This document shows positions 30,336-40,819 of a stretch of DNA of 64,000 bases, piece by piece. Each line of letters begins with the position of its first letter. Within the stretch, counting starts at the first letter, position 1. Under the pieces are notes generated by a model, which saw only the letters and a program-made list of their open reading frames with translations, was not told the origin of the DNA and searched no databases. A program made the position numbers and the translations under genes. The DNA comes from an uncultured Candidatus Binatia bacterium (lineage in GTDB: Bacteria; Desulfobacterota; Binatia; UBA9968; CAXXLF01), in assembly GCA_965218425.1 (NCBI GenBank), contig OZ244621.1:2912001-2976000 (forward strand). The letters are read 5' to 3'.

Positions 30336-32027
30336 TCAGTGGCTATCGAATATCTTTTGGTACTCGTCTAGCCTGGACTGAATGCGTTCCATCTCGGCCC
30401 TTGTGGGATGTTCAGGATCGGCAGCCGGGGGCAGGCACCCCAGTTTCATCAAACAGGCCATGAGCAGCACCCGGGCCTTGGTGGCGGTCAGGTTGCTGCC
30501 CGCGATGGCAAGATCATCGGGGCGCTGCGGAGTGAATCCCTCCGCGTTTCCACGCCCCACTTTCACCACCGGCATACCGCACAAAGAGGCTCGCTTGAGG
30601 GCCTCCGATATGGAATTGACTGTGCTGCCGTAGGGCGCTGCGCCCTCTGCAACGAAACCAGCCAGGAGCCCTTCCCTCAGATTCCGGTCGATCAGAGCGT
30701 GAATGCCCACCTCCGTGCTGTTCGATCCACCGTCGCGATAGCGCGCGCTTTTTTCGATGGTCACCATGGGTATGGCGCTTGGGAGGATCCTGCCCCGCCC
30801 GTCTTTGATTTGGACGGAGGTTTGCTCCCAGGTGGAACCGTTTCGGCGGACTCCTGGAACCGTTTCCGGCAGGCGGTTAATGTTGAGCTCTGATGTATGG
30901 GTATGTCGCCTCACTGGTTTGAAGGTGATGGCCGTTGGGCCGTGGCCGACGGTTCCCACCACCCCTCCATGGCCTCCTGTGGCGGTATAGCCTCCGGGCC
31001 TGGCGTCTGCCTTCTGGACTTCCCGTGATGTAAATACCTGCTGGTCCATGATGACCACTGCGCCGATTTCATCTTGCCCGGCGGGGTCCGCCCAGACCCG
31101 GGAGGCGATGTAAGTGACGGAGTCAATGATGTTGCGGTCTCCATCGTTTCCCACCTGGCCGTGGGGTCGCTGTGCCGCGTTGCCCGCAATGGGAACCCGA
31201 GTATCGATTAAAAGATTGAGCCAATAGCAGGTTTCTTCCACGTTGGGGCTACCCTCGAGCCATACACCGCCATCGTATTGCCCGGACCCCATTGCTTCCT
31301 GCACCATATTGATGACCTGGGCGAGGGTCTCCATGGTGGGGGAACAACGCAAATGGCCGGGGCGGTATATAAAAAAGTCTTTGCCGAGGTTTTCCGGCGG
31401 GATATCCCCGGACCCGATATCCGTTCGCTCCGCTTGGGGCAAGCCCTTTCGATAGCCCCCAGAGGGCGCCGGCCGGTAAAAATGAAAATCTGCCATGGAG
31501 GAGAGGATACCCGCGCAGCCGGAGCCACCGACTCCCAGTCGATCAATTTCTTCTACAATGCGAGAGGCGTCGGGATAATAGGGCATTCGGCACATGGCCT
31601 CGGCGGCCTGCGGACTCGCGCAGTCGTTTTCCCATGGTGCGCCGCTGGTCTGCCGGGCCATGTAGGGCAGGGGGTAGAGTCCATCATCGGGTTGGAGGGT
31701 GACCCGGTATACGGGAGTGTCGTTGGACCCTTGACGACTCTCGTGAAAGGCGCCGCCGGCGTCCACGTACCCGTCCGGTGGACCGTAAAGCTCAGTAGAA
31801 TCACGCTCCAGGGGATGGGCGCTAAACTGTTCGATGTAAACCGTCACCGGAGCTGCCAGACGCTGGGGCCGCAGCGTGTCAAAGCGTAATGGCCTTCCAT
31901 TCCCATCCTTGCGAAGGGGTAGTCCGTATTGCTCCCTGGCCTTATTACTGGTGACCAATGGTGGACTGTTCTGTATGGTTGCCGTGGCTCCAGAGAAAAT
32001 GGCGATTCTCGGTCTTGTTGGTTGCAT
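30336..32027 (-). CDS. Asparaginase/glutaminase-like domain protein
   Basis: IAIFSGATATI, EGSPNVEETCYWL, AQRPH..DG.RN, VQKADAR and NLTATKARVLLM motifs. Confidence 0.75.
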   Translation of the reverse strand: MQPTRPRIAIFSGATATIQNSPPLVTSNKAREQYGLPLRKDGNGRPLRFDTLRPQRLAAPVTVYIEQFSAHPLERDSTELYGPPDGYVDAGGAFHESRQGSNDTPVYRVTLQPDDGLYPLPYMARQTSGAPWENDCASPQAAEAMCRMPYYPDASRIVEEIDRLGVGGSGCAGILSSMADFHFYRPAPSGGYRKGLPQAERTDIGSGDIPPENLGKDFFIYRPGHLRCSPTMETLAQVINMVQEAMGSGQYDGGVWLEGSPNVEETCYWLNLLIDTRVPIAGNAAQRPHGQVGNDGDRNIIDSVTYIASRVWADPAGQDEIGAVVIMDQQVFTSREVQKADARPGGYTATGGHGGVVGTVGHGPTAITFKPVRRHTHTSELNINRLPETVPGVRRNGSTWEQTSVQIKDGRGRILPSAIPMVTIEKSARYRDGGSNSTEVGIHALIDRNLREGLLAGFVAEGAAPYGSTVNSISEALKRASLCGMPVVKVGRGNAEGFTPQRPDDLAIAGSNLTATKARVLLMACLMKLGCLPPAADPEHPTRAEMERIQSRLDEYQKIFDSH

Positions 32028-32049
32028 GGTTTTGTTCCTCCAACGTAGA

Positions 32050-32721
32050 TTATTTCAAGGTTTCGTCAAAGAACTCCAGGGTCCTCTGAAACGCATCCAT
32101 GGCCGAGTCGGGACGATAGACATGGGGAGTTGTATGGCGATGAAAGCCGTGGGGCGCGCCCGGGTAGACCTTCATGTCCAGGCTCTTTCCCAACCTCTCC
32201 ATGGCCGGCCTGAACTTTTCGACGGCCCAGGCGGTAATGTTCTTGTCCTCTTCCCCAAAGTTGCCCATTACCGGGGCCTGCAGGCTTGTGAGGAGCTCAA
32301 GATTTTCGATCCTTCCATAAAAGACGACACAGGCGCTCATCTTTTGCGGGAATAGACAGGCGGCCCTGAGAGCGAAGCCTCCTCCCATACAGAAGCCAAT
32401 GACCCCCGTTTTCCCGGAAGAATAAGGTCTCGATTCGAGGTAGCGGATCCCTGCGTCGATCTTTGTCTTGAATGCCTCTTCTGTTACCTTGTCCCTCAAG
32501 GGCCGTCCATCCTCCATCCCATTGGCGGTCTTTCCCTCGAACAAATCCACTGCCAATGCCACATAGCCCGCATTCGACAAACTCCTCGCTACATCCTTTA
32601 TGTAATCCACCAGTCCCATGACCTCATGGATTACAATAACGGCTGGTCCTCTGCGCTGGCCATCAGGTGTAAACTCATACCCGAGGATCGTCTCATTGAG
32701 TTGAACGGTTGCTTCAGCCAA
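32050..32721 (-). CDS. Dienelactone hydrolase family protein
   Basis: VIHEVMGL, GFCMGG and YPGAPHGF motifs. Confidence 0.93.
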   Translation of the reverse strand: MAEATVQLNETILGYEFTPDGQRRGPAVIVIHEVMGLVDYIKDVARSLSNAGYVALAVDLFEGKTANGMEDGRPLRDKVTEEAFKTKIDAGIRYLESRPYSSGKTGVIGFCMGGGFALRAACLFPQKMSACVVFYGRIENLELLTSLQAPVMGNFGEEDKNITAWAVEKFRPAMERLGKSLDMKVYPGAPHGFHRHTTPHVYRPDSAMDAFQRTLEFFDETLK

Positions 32722-32964
32722 GGAAACCTCTTTTCTATGAGCTGCCAGAGTTATCTAATGTGCTCTTTAGGTGGTTGTCAAGGAGATGTATTGGGCCACC
32801 ACATTTTGCACTCTTCGGGTGTTTGCTCTATTAGAAACTGCACAGGCGACTTCAACTCCAATCCCCAATGGGGCCGCTCGCGGTTATACCACAACGGCCA
32901 CGGGATCAACTCGCGGTTAAAGAAGGCATGCCGCTGTCATCGTAAGGACCGTCTTTAAAGCTCT

Positions 32965-33915
32965 ATGCGCGCTTTAGTTTGGAATGGCCGGAAATTGTGT
33001 TTTGAGCGATCCCATCCCACACCGGAGACGGATGACCGAACGGCCCTGGTTCAGGTGCTCCTGGCCGGTATCTGCTCCACGGACCTCCAGATATTTAAAG
33101 GGTATATGGGTTTTCAAGGCATTCCGGGCCATGAATTTGTGGGGGAGGTCAAGGAAGGCCCTGGGGAGTTGGTTGGCAAAAGGGTGGCGGGAGAAATCAA
33201 TTTTGCCTGTGGTCGTTGTGAGTTTTGTCTTCGGGGGCTTGGACGCCATTGCGCCCAACGCAAGGTCATGGGAATCCTCGGCGCCGATGGCAGCTTTGCT
33301 GAATATATGAGTGTCCCGGTCCAGAACCTGCTCCTTGTGCCTGAAAGCTTGTCCAACGAGGAGGCCGTATTTACAGAGCCCCTGGCGGCGGCCTTTGAGA
33401 TTTCGGAACAGGTTCAGCTCAAGTCTACGGATGATGTGCTGGTGTTGGGCGATGGAAAGCTCGGCCTCCTCTGTGCTCAGGCGTTACGACTGACCGGGGC
33501 CCGCGTGAACTTGCTCGGAAAACATGAAAACAAAGTCTCCCTGCTTAAGGGCATGGGAATTCACACGATTATGCTCTCCGACTGGAAACCCCGCCAGTTC
33601 GACATGGTTGTTGAAGCCACCGGCTCCAGCTCAGGTCTCAAGATGGCGTTGGAGACTGTACGGCCACGTGGCACCCTTGTCCTTAAGAGCACCCTGGCCG
33701 AGCCACATACCCTATCCCTAGCTCCGCTTGTGATCAACGAGGTCACGGTTGTGGGTTCCCGTTGCGGCCCTTTCCTGCCGGCCCTTCAGGCCTTGGCCAA
33801 GAAAAGAGTTGAAGTGACGCCGCTGATCGATGGGATTTATTCTCTGAATGACGGAGCGCAGGCCGTTGCCCATGCGGCACAATCCGGTGCGTTAAAGGTC
33901 CTCTTGCGTAATTGA
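32965..33915 (+). CDS. Zn-dependent (MDR) alcohol dehydrogenase
   Basis: GICSTD, GHEFVG, C-x2-C-x2-C-x7-C and GDGKLG motifs. Confidence 0.92.
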   Translation: MRALVWNGRKLCFERSHPTPETDDRTALVQVLLAGICSTDLQIFKGYMGFQGIPGHEFVGEVKEGPGELVGKRVAGEINFACGRCEFCLRGLGRHCAQRKVMGILGADGSFAEYMSVPVQNLLLVPESLSNEEAVFTEPLAAAFEISEQVQLKSTDDVLVLGDGKLGLLCAQALRLTGARVNLLGKHENKVSLLKGMGIHTIMLSDWKPRQFDMVVEATGSSSGLKMALETVRPRGTLVLKSTLAEPHTLSLAPLVINEVTVVGSRCGPFLPALQALAKKRVEVTPLIDGIYSLNDGAQAVAHAAQSGALKVLLRN

Positions 33916-34028
33916 AAATAGGTCGAGCCACCCACGTTCACTACAAGCAGCCTTGTCACCAAAGCAAGAATAGGGTTATAGAGTAGGGCCGGGCCGTAGC
34001 TTCATCTACGCCAAGGAGGATACTCATA

Positions 34029-34742
34029 ATGGACGCTTTTGAGGATCATTGCTGGAAAGACGTGGTGAGCCAGGAAGTGCTGGAGATTTACAAGCCCTAC
34101 CAGAGAAAAACCTACGTGGGTGAAAGGGCGGCACTGCTGGCCGTTGATCTTTACAACCTTGTTTATGAGGGGGGTCCCAAGCCCGTGCATGAGGTGGTCA
34201 AAGAGCACAAGAGTTCCTGCGGGATTCACGCCTACGACGCCGTCAAGCCCATTCAGGGGTTGTTGGCCATGGCGCGCTCCAAAGGGATCCCAATCATTTA
34301 TACCACCAGCGAGACGCGCAAGGAGGCCAAGCCAAAGACCGTGCACGCAACCAACCGGCGGGTGGACGAAATCGGCCAGAGCGCCTACGAGATCTATCAC
34401 GATTTCAAGCCGGAGACGGGTGACCTGATCATTTACAAGGAACGGGCCAGCGGTTTTTTCGGTACGTCTTTGATTGCCCACCTGACCCGCATGGGTATCG
34501 GTTCACTCATCGTGTGCGGCGAGACCACGAGCGGTTGCGTTCGCGCCAGTGTGGTGGATGCCTATTCCTATGGATTTCACACGGTGACGGTTGAGGAATG
34601 CTGCTTTGATCGAAGCCTTCTTTCCCACAAGGTGAACCTCTTCGATCTGCATCACAAGTACTCGGACGTCATGCATTTGGACGAAGTCGGAATGTGGTTT
34701 AAGGAACAAAAAAACATCACAGGGAAGGTAAAATTGGGATGA
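34029..34742 (+). CDS. Isochorismatase/cysteine hydrolase family protein
   Basis: ALLAVDL, KERASGFFGT and GETTSGCVRASVVDA motifs. Confidence 0.92.
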   Translation: MDAFEDHCWKDVVSQEVLEIYKPYQRKTYVGERAALLAVDLYNLVYEGGPKPVHEVVKEHKSSCGIHAYDAVKPIQGLLAMARSKGIPIIYTTSETRKEAKPKTVHATNRRVDEIGQSAYEIYHDFKPETGDLIIYKERASGFFGTSLIAHLTRMGIGSLIVCGETTSGCVRASVVDAYSYGFHTVTVEECCFDRSLLSHKVNLFDLHHKYSDVMHLDEVGMWFKEQKNITGKVKLG

Positions 34743-37018
34743 GAGGGGTCACCCGGAACAATCGGCGGTCGAAACCGAGTCTCATCGGTCGCGGCATTGC
34801 GCGCGTGGACGGCCTGAGCAAAGTCACAGGAAAATGCCGATACTCAGCGGACGTGCAGCGTCCGGATGCCCTATGGGGAGGCTTCGTTCGCAGCCCCTTC
34901 TCCCATGCGCGCATCTTGCACCTCGATGCGACCCGAGCCCGCGCCCTACCAGGCGTCAAAGCGGTGGTCACCGGCAAGGATGTCGCACCACGCTTGGAAG
35001 GGATCTCTCTTCGGGACATGCCTGTACTCGCCCGTGACCGGGTGCGGTACATTGGAGAAAAGGTGGCCGCTATTGCCGCGGTGGACAAAGACGCCCTCGA
35101 AGAGGCATCGTCGTTGGTGGACGTGGAATATGAGGAAATGCCGGCTGTTTTCGATCCCCTGGAAGCGATGGAGCCCGACGCCCCCGTCCTCCATCCTGAT
35201 TATGCCGCCTATCAGGGCCCCAATAAAGTTGACTCTCTTAAGAACGTTCAATCCATCGAGGAGGCCGCCAAGGGCGATATCGTTCAGGGCTTCGCCGAGT
35301 CCGATCAGATTTTTGAAGACACCTATCGCACCCAGGCGGTGCATCAGGCGTTCATTGAACCCAGGGCGGGTGTTGTGGAAATCGACGAAGAAGGCCGTAT
35401 ATCGGTGTGGCATTGTCACCAAGCCCCGTTCAACGTGCGGAAGTGGTTGGCCGCCCATACCGGACTGCCTCAAGAAAAGATCGTGGTGCACTCGGTGGCC
35501 ACAGGTGGATCTTTTGGAGGCAAAGAAGGTTATCACGACGTCCTTTGCACCTATTATTTGGCATGTGCCGCCGGCAAGCCGGTGAAGTTTGTATCAAGCT
35601 ATTCGGAGGAACTCCTCGATGGTGAACCGCGACATTCCGCAGTGGCGGTGATTCGCTCGGGGGTCAAGAGGGATGGCAGGCTATGGGCATGGGAGGGTAA
35701 GATTTTTTACAACGGCGGGGCTTATGCGGCACGCACCCCGAGGAACGGCCTCAATGGCACCTATCAATTGGCCGGTTCCTACCGAACTCCCCACGTAAGA
35801 ATAGAAGGAAAGATCGTCTATACCAATCAGGTGCCCTGCGGTTATTTCCGGGCACCCGGGGAAGTCTCAACTCTCTTTGCGGTGGAGAGCCATATGGACG
35901 GGATCGCACAGGTCCTTGGGTTAGATCCTTTAGAGTTCCGCCTGTTGAACGCCATCAGAGAAGGGGACACCAAAGCAACTGGAAGTCTGCTGCGCGACAC
36001 CCGCGCCAAGGAAGTGTTGCAGCGAATACAGGAAATTTGTCGGAGGCGCAGGCCCACGTCTTCTCTCAAAACAAAGTGCCCGAGTGTTTCAGTGGGACGG
36101 GGCATGAGCTTTGGTGACCGGCACATTGGACTTGGGGAGTGCAACGTCGAGTTGTTCTTGCAGCCCGATGGATCGCTGCGCCTGGTCAACGCGGTGCGAG
36201 ACGTGGGGGTTGGCGCTCACACGATGCACCGACAAATTGCCGCGGAAGTTCTCGGAGTGGAACCGCAACGGGTGGCCATCGATGTCAGGGGAACCGATAC
36301 GGGCCCTTACGATGACGGCGTCAGAGCCCAGCGCGGAGTGTACATTGAGGGCCACGCCGTTTCTCGTGCGGCGGCTTCGCTTATGGAATTCCTGCTGAAG
36401 CGCGCTGCCGAATATTGGCAGGTGAAGGAGGACAGGGTTCTGTGGGAGCGGGGGCGGGCATTCCTTAAAGGTCCCCAAAAAAAGTCTTTGTCTCTACGTG
36501 ATCTGGCCCGAATTTCCAGAAACGAAACCCTCTGTGGACATGGACGTTTTGAGTCCGATTATCCCGATTTTCATTGTTTTCAATCCATGGCCGCGGACGT
36601 AGAAGTGGATCGAGAGACCGGTCAGGTCCGCGTTCGACAAATTCATTTTGCAGTGGATGTGACGAAGATCATCAACCCAATTACGCACCAGGGGCAAATC
36701 GATGGCGCCGTGACTCAGGGCCTGGGCTTTACGCTCATGGAACACATGGTCGTTGATGATGGGCGGGTTACGACACTCAGCTTGGGTGACTACAAGATCC
36801 CTACCGTCTCCGACGTGCCGCCTTGCGCCACTTCTCTCGTGAAGGCTAGGGAAGGGCCTGGGCCATTTCAGGCAAAGGCGGTGGCTGAGGTAGGCATTGG
36901 AATCACGGCTCCCGCTATCGCCAACGCGGTTTATAACGCCACCGGCGTGAGAATCACGGAACTGCCAATCACTTCCGAGAAGATCCTCAAGGGGCTGAAA
37001 GAGAGTGGAGCGAAATAA
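34739..37018 (+). CDS. Xanthine dehydrogenase-family molybdopterin-binding large subunit
   Basis: KVTG...Y, RSPFSHARI, GGSFGGK, FRAPG, GQIDG and AIANAVYNATGVR motifs. Confidence 0.93.
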   Translation: MRGVTRNNRRSKPSLIGRGIARVDGLSKVTGKCRYSADVQRPDALWGGFVRSPFSHARILHLDATRARALPGVKAVVTGKDVAPRLEGISLRDMPVLARDRVRYIGEKVAAIAAVDKDALEEASSLVDVEYEEMPAVFDPLEAMEPDAPVLHPDYAAYQGPNKVDSLKNVQSIEEAAKGDIVQGFAESDQIFEDTYRTQAVHQAFIEPRAGVVEIDEEGRISVWHCHQAPFNVRKWLAAHTGLPQEKIVVHSVATGGSFGGKEGYHDVLCTYYLACAAGKPVKFVSSYSEELLDGEPRHSAVAVIRSGVKRDGRLWAWEGKIFYNGGAYAARTPRNGLNGTYQLAGSYRTPHVRIEGKIVYTNQVPCGYFRAPGEVSTLFAVESHMDGIAQVLGLDPLEFRLLNAIREGDTKATGSLLRDTRAKEVLQRIQEICRRRRPTSSLKTKCPSVSVGRGMSFGDRHIGLGECNVELFLQPDGSLRLVNAVRDVGVGAHTMHRQIAAEVLGVEPQRVAIDVRGTDTGPYDDGVRAQRGVYIEGHAVSRAAASLMEFLLKRAAEYWQVKEDRVLWERGRAFLKGPQKKSLSLRDLARISRNETLCGHGRFESDYPDFHCFQSMAADVEVDRETGQVRVRQIHFAVDVTKIINPITHQGQIDGAVTQGLGFTLMEHMVVDDGRVTTLSLGDYKIPTVSDVPPCATSLVKAREGPGPFQAKAVAEVGIGITAPAIANAVYNATGVRITELPITSEKILKGLKESGAK

Positions 37019-37022
37019 TTTA

Positions 37023-37127
37023 CCCCGAACCACAGAACGCCCCGGGCGCGAGCCCTGGGATGAATGTTCCGAACTTCCCCGCAGGCAAGCGCCCCCAAAG
37101 CCAGGGCCGTAATTCCGTGGTGCGGGG
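37023..37127. mobile_element. MITE-like element (105 bp) with TTTA direct repeats
   Basis: TIRs CCCCGAACCACAGAA / TTCCGTGGTGCGGGG (13/15 match); TTTA at 37019-37022 and 37128-37131. Confidence 0.7.
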
Positions 37128-37264
37128 TTTACCTCCGGCGGAGTAGGCAAAGAGGGCGCTTCGGTGGATTTCGCCAAAGAAATGAAGGAGAACAGAGGTG
37201 TAAACCGCGGAAGCTTCATTGGCGCGGGCCGCGGGGTTAGGTATGAGAGTCATGGAGGGTTTCA

Positions 37265-38752
37265 ATGGCGGAAGCTTCATCCGGTCGTAAAGTAGGAACG
37301 GTTTCTTCAAATCAGGACCTTCGGACATGGCTCCACCAGGTGGAGGCCCTGGGAGAGCTAAAGGTTATTAGCGGTGCTCACTGGGACTTGGAGATCGGAG
37401 TCCTCAGCGAAGTTGTTGAACGGTCGCGCCGTGGACCGGCCGTGCTCTTTGACTCTGTCCCAGGATACCCTAAAGGCTACCGTATACTCGTCAATAGCCT
37501 TGGCTCCATCCGGCGGATTGCCCTTAGCCTGGGTCTTCCCTTGGAGATACCCCTCGTTGAGCTCATGGTGCGCTGGCGGGAAAAGCTCAAGAGTCTCAAA
37601 CCTGTCCCTGTTCGCACTGTGACCGATGGTCCAGTAATGAAGAACGCCTTAACCGGGCAGGCGGTGGATCTCTATAAACTTCCTACCCCTAAATGGCACG
37701 AGCACGATGGCGGACGGTATTTGGGGACGGCGTGCGCCGTTGCCACGATGGATCCAGAGGAGGGATGGGTCAATGTAGGGACCTATAGGATGATGATACT
37801 GGATGAGAAGCGGGCGGGGCTTTACATCTCTCCCGGCAAACACGGTCGCCTTCATCGAGAGAAATGGTTCGCTAGTAAAAGGCCTATGCCTGTGGCCGTT
37901 TCCCTAGGCCATGATCCCCTCATGTTTTTGGTTAGCAGTATCGATGTCCCCTACGGAACCTGTGAGTACGATTATGCCGGTGGAATCAAGGGTACGCCGG
38001 TTGAAGTACTGAAAGGTCCCATAACGGGTCTCCCCATACCGGCCCAGGCGGAAATTGTTCTGGAGGGTTTTGTTCATCCTGACAAGGCTCTTCCTGAAGG
38101 ACCCTTCGGAGAGTGGACAGGATACTACGCGAGCGCCGTGCGTGATGAACCCTTCATGGAGGTAGCCGGACTTTACTGTCGAAATGATCCTATTATCCTG
38201 GGCGCTCCTCCCTTACGGCCTCCCACGGCAGAGAACCTGTGGAGGGCCTTTCTCTCCTCGGCTCAAATATGGGAGTTCCTAGAACGCAGCGGCGTGCCTG
38301 ATGTCACGGGTGTTTGGTGCCATGAGGCTGGGGCGGCAAAGCTTTTCATTGTGGTGGCCATCAAGCAGAGATACGCCGGCCACGCAAAGCAGGCGGCTAT
38401 TGCAGCCTCCCAGGGCAGCCAGGCCGGGGCCTATCTGGGTCGCTATGTAGTGGTAGTGGATGAGGATATTGACGCCATGAATCTGGAAGAGGTGATCTGG
38501 GCCATGTGTACCCGGGCTGAGCCGGCCAGAGACATTGACGTCGTGCGGCAATGCTGGAGCGGTCCGTTAGACCCTCTTCTTAGCCCTCAGCAGCGAGAGG
38601 CACGGGAGTATTTCAACTCCCGCGCCATTATTGACGCTACCCGGCCTTTTCATTGGAAGGAGCATTTCCCTCGCGTTTCGCAGTCTAGCCCAGAGACAAG
38701 GAATAGTGTGTTGACCAAATGGAGGCAGTTGGTGGACGAACTCACCCTATAA
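37265..38752 (+). CDS. UbiD-family prFMN-dependent (de)carboxylase
   Basis: DGGRYLGT, NVGTYR, EGPFGEWTGYY and VVVVDEDID motifs. Confidence 0.95.
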   Translation: MAEASSGRKVGTVSSNQDLRTWLHQVEALGELKVISGAHWDLEIGVLSEVVERSRRGPAVLFDSVPGYPKGYRILVNSLGSIRRIALSLGLPLEIPLVELMVRWREKLKSLKPVPVRTVTDGPVMKNALTGQAVDLYKLPTPKWHEHDGGRYLGTACAVATMDPEEGWVNVGTYRMMILDEKRAGLYISPGKHGRLHREKWFASKRPMPVAVSLGHDPLMFLVSSIDVPYGTCEYDYAGGIKGTPVEVLKGPITGLPIPAQAEIVLEGFVHPDKALPEGPFGEWTGYYASAVRDEPFMEVAGLYCRNDPIILGAPPLRPPTAENLWRAFLSSAQIWEFLERSGVPDVTGVWCHEAGAAKLFIVVAIKQRYAGHAKQAAIAASQGSQAGAYLGRYVVVVDEDIDAMNLEEVIWAMCTRAEPARDIDVVRQCWSGPLDPLLSPQQREAREYFNSRAIIDATRPFHWKEHFPRVSQSSPETRNSVLTKWRQLVDELTL

Positions 38753-38802
38753 ATTCGCCCTGGCCAATCTATATCGGAGAATATTATTTTGCGGAGCATA
38801 CA

Positions 38803-38831
38803 TTGACAGACGTCCCGTGAAATCGTATACA
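38803..38831 (+). promoter_or_regulatory. Candidate sigma70 promoter for the NitT/TauT ABC operon
   Basis: TTGACA-N17-TATACA, about 50 bp upstream of the ATG. Confidence 0.5.
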
Positions 38832-38883
38832 GCGACGGCCTATACTATCGAATTTTAAGATTCTATTTCTTAGGAGGTCAAAT

Positions 38884-39851
38884 ATGAGACGCGTTCTATT
38901 ACGTGTCCTGTTTTTCGGCTTTCTGAGTCTGGCGCTAAAGTCCGCGATTGTACCTACCGCTTCGGCTGCAGGACCTATAAAGGTACGCCTGGGCGGGGTA
39001 GCCAAGTGGTCGGCAAGTGGATGGATTGCACAACTGGGGGCAAGACAGGGTTACTTTCTTAAGCATGGGTTGGCCCCGGAAATCACCTGGACCTATAAGC
39101 AGGAGGAAGCTTTACTGGGCAAATCCATCGATATCTCGAGCTACGAGCCAGGTCGACTTCTGCTGAACCACAGTCGCGGAGGTAAGGTCCAGGGCATCGG
39201 CGTGCAACAAAAAAACCGGGTTTTGCCATTGTAGCGCGCCCCGAAATTAAATCGCTGAAAGACTTGGAGGGGAAGGTCATGGCAGTGTCCGCGGTTCCTG
39301 GAGGCGACCAGATGGTGGTGCTGACCAATATCCAGATAAAGCACGGCATCAAATTGACCTATCGGAAGATTGGGGGATCGCCTCAGCGCTTAGCGGCGGT
39401 GTCAAACAAACTTGCCGATGCGGCACCCATCATGACGCCGATTCATCTTAGGGCCAAAAAGATGGGATTAAACATTTTAGTGCCTCCGGAGACCATGGAA
39501 TACCCCTGGCTTTCCTACAATGTTCGACAAGAGTGGTTGGGTAAGAATCGGGACGTGGCGGCGCGGTTATTGAGGGCGTTAAACGATACCATTGAATGGA
39601 TGTACGATCCGGCCAATGAACGGTCGTTGAAGAAATTCATCCACGGGACTCTTAGAAAACCCACGGACGAGTTGGTCAACATAGGCTATGATTTCAATAT
39701 CAAGAATCGGAACCTTGATTTGAGGGGATACCAGGAGAAAGAAATGGAGTTCCTGGCCAAAGGTCTGGAAGCGGCCGGGGTGATCGCCAAGGGATACGAT
39801 TGGCGGCGCGCGGTGGATAATTCATTGGTTCGAGAGGCCCTCGGAAAATGA
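38884..39851 (+). CDS. NitT/TauT-family substrate-binding protein (frameshift in A7, 39209-39215)
   Basis: Adding one A gives QQKKPGFAIVARPEIKSLKDLEGK; signal peptide present. Confidence 0.8.
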
Positions 39852-40674
39852 AGGCTAGCCAGATCGCGGTAGATGTTCAAGACGACCATGTTGTTGCCCC
39901 GCTAGGTAAACGGGGGGAGGAGTTTTTCCGCCCAATTAGGCCATTATCTTGCCAGCCTCGCCTTTGGGGCGGTGGTGTGGGAAGTCATTGGACATTTTGT
40001 GTCTCCTCTTTTCTTTGCCCCCCTCTCTAAGGTTCTAGTGGCTCTGTGGAATTTGATTGTCACAGGGGAGCTCTGGGGGGCACGCCTCGATCACATTCAC
40101 CGAGCTCAGCGTGGGTTATTCCCTGGCGGTCATTGTGGGCTTGTGCGGCGGCATTGCTACGAGCTTGAGTAAGACGGTTAAGAAACTCTTCGACCCATGG
40201 TTAACCTTTATCTACTTAACCCCCTATGTGGCTTTCACTCCCCTGTTGATCATCGCCCTTGGCTTAGGGGTCGCTCCCAAGATGGCCATCGCTTTTATTG
40301 GGTCTCTTATTCCAATCTGGTGGAACACCCAACTAGGCCTTTTGTCTACCGAACCCGCCATGATTGAAGTTGCAAGGGCTTTCGGTGCGAGCAGATCCCA
40401 GGTCGTGTACCTCGTCATGTTTCGGTTTGCGGTGCCGTCCTTCCTGGTGGGTCTTCGCTTGGGTTTTTCCAGAGCGCTAATCGGTGTGATCGTGACGGAG
40501 TTTATGGCGTCCACACGGGGTCTGGGATTTCTCATTGACGACGCGGGTAGCTGGTTGTTACCGGACGTGCTGCTGGCCGGGGTTCTCGTCATCGGGTTGT
40601 TCTCGATCTGTGTCGTAGAGTTTTTAAAATGGTTGGAAACCAAGCTCGCTCCATGGGGCTTGCGGGCATTGTAG
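39848..40674 (+). CDS. NitT/TauT ABC permease (frameshifts in G6 runs at 39912-39917 and 40075-40080)
   Basis: Restored ..VVWEVIG..GELWGHASITF..IEVARAFGAS..LIGVIVTEF..GLGF. Confidence 0.8.
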
Positions 40675-40819
40675 GGGCTCCGGGACCCGCCTAAGGAGCC
40701 TAATGCGACGTTACTGCACGAATCCCGTGCCTCGTATAGGTGGGTCTGAGCGCGACGTAGGCGTCCAAAGACGCATCATGGCAACCGGCGGTGGCGGTAC
40801 GAAGGATTGAGATCGTATT

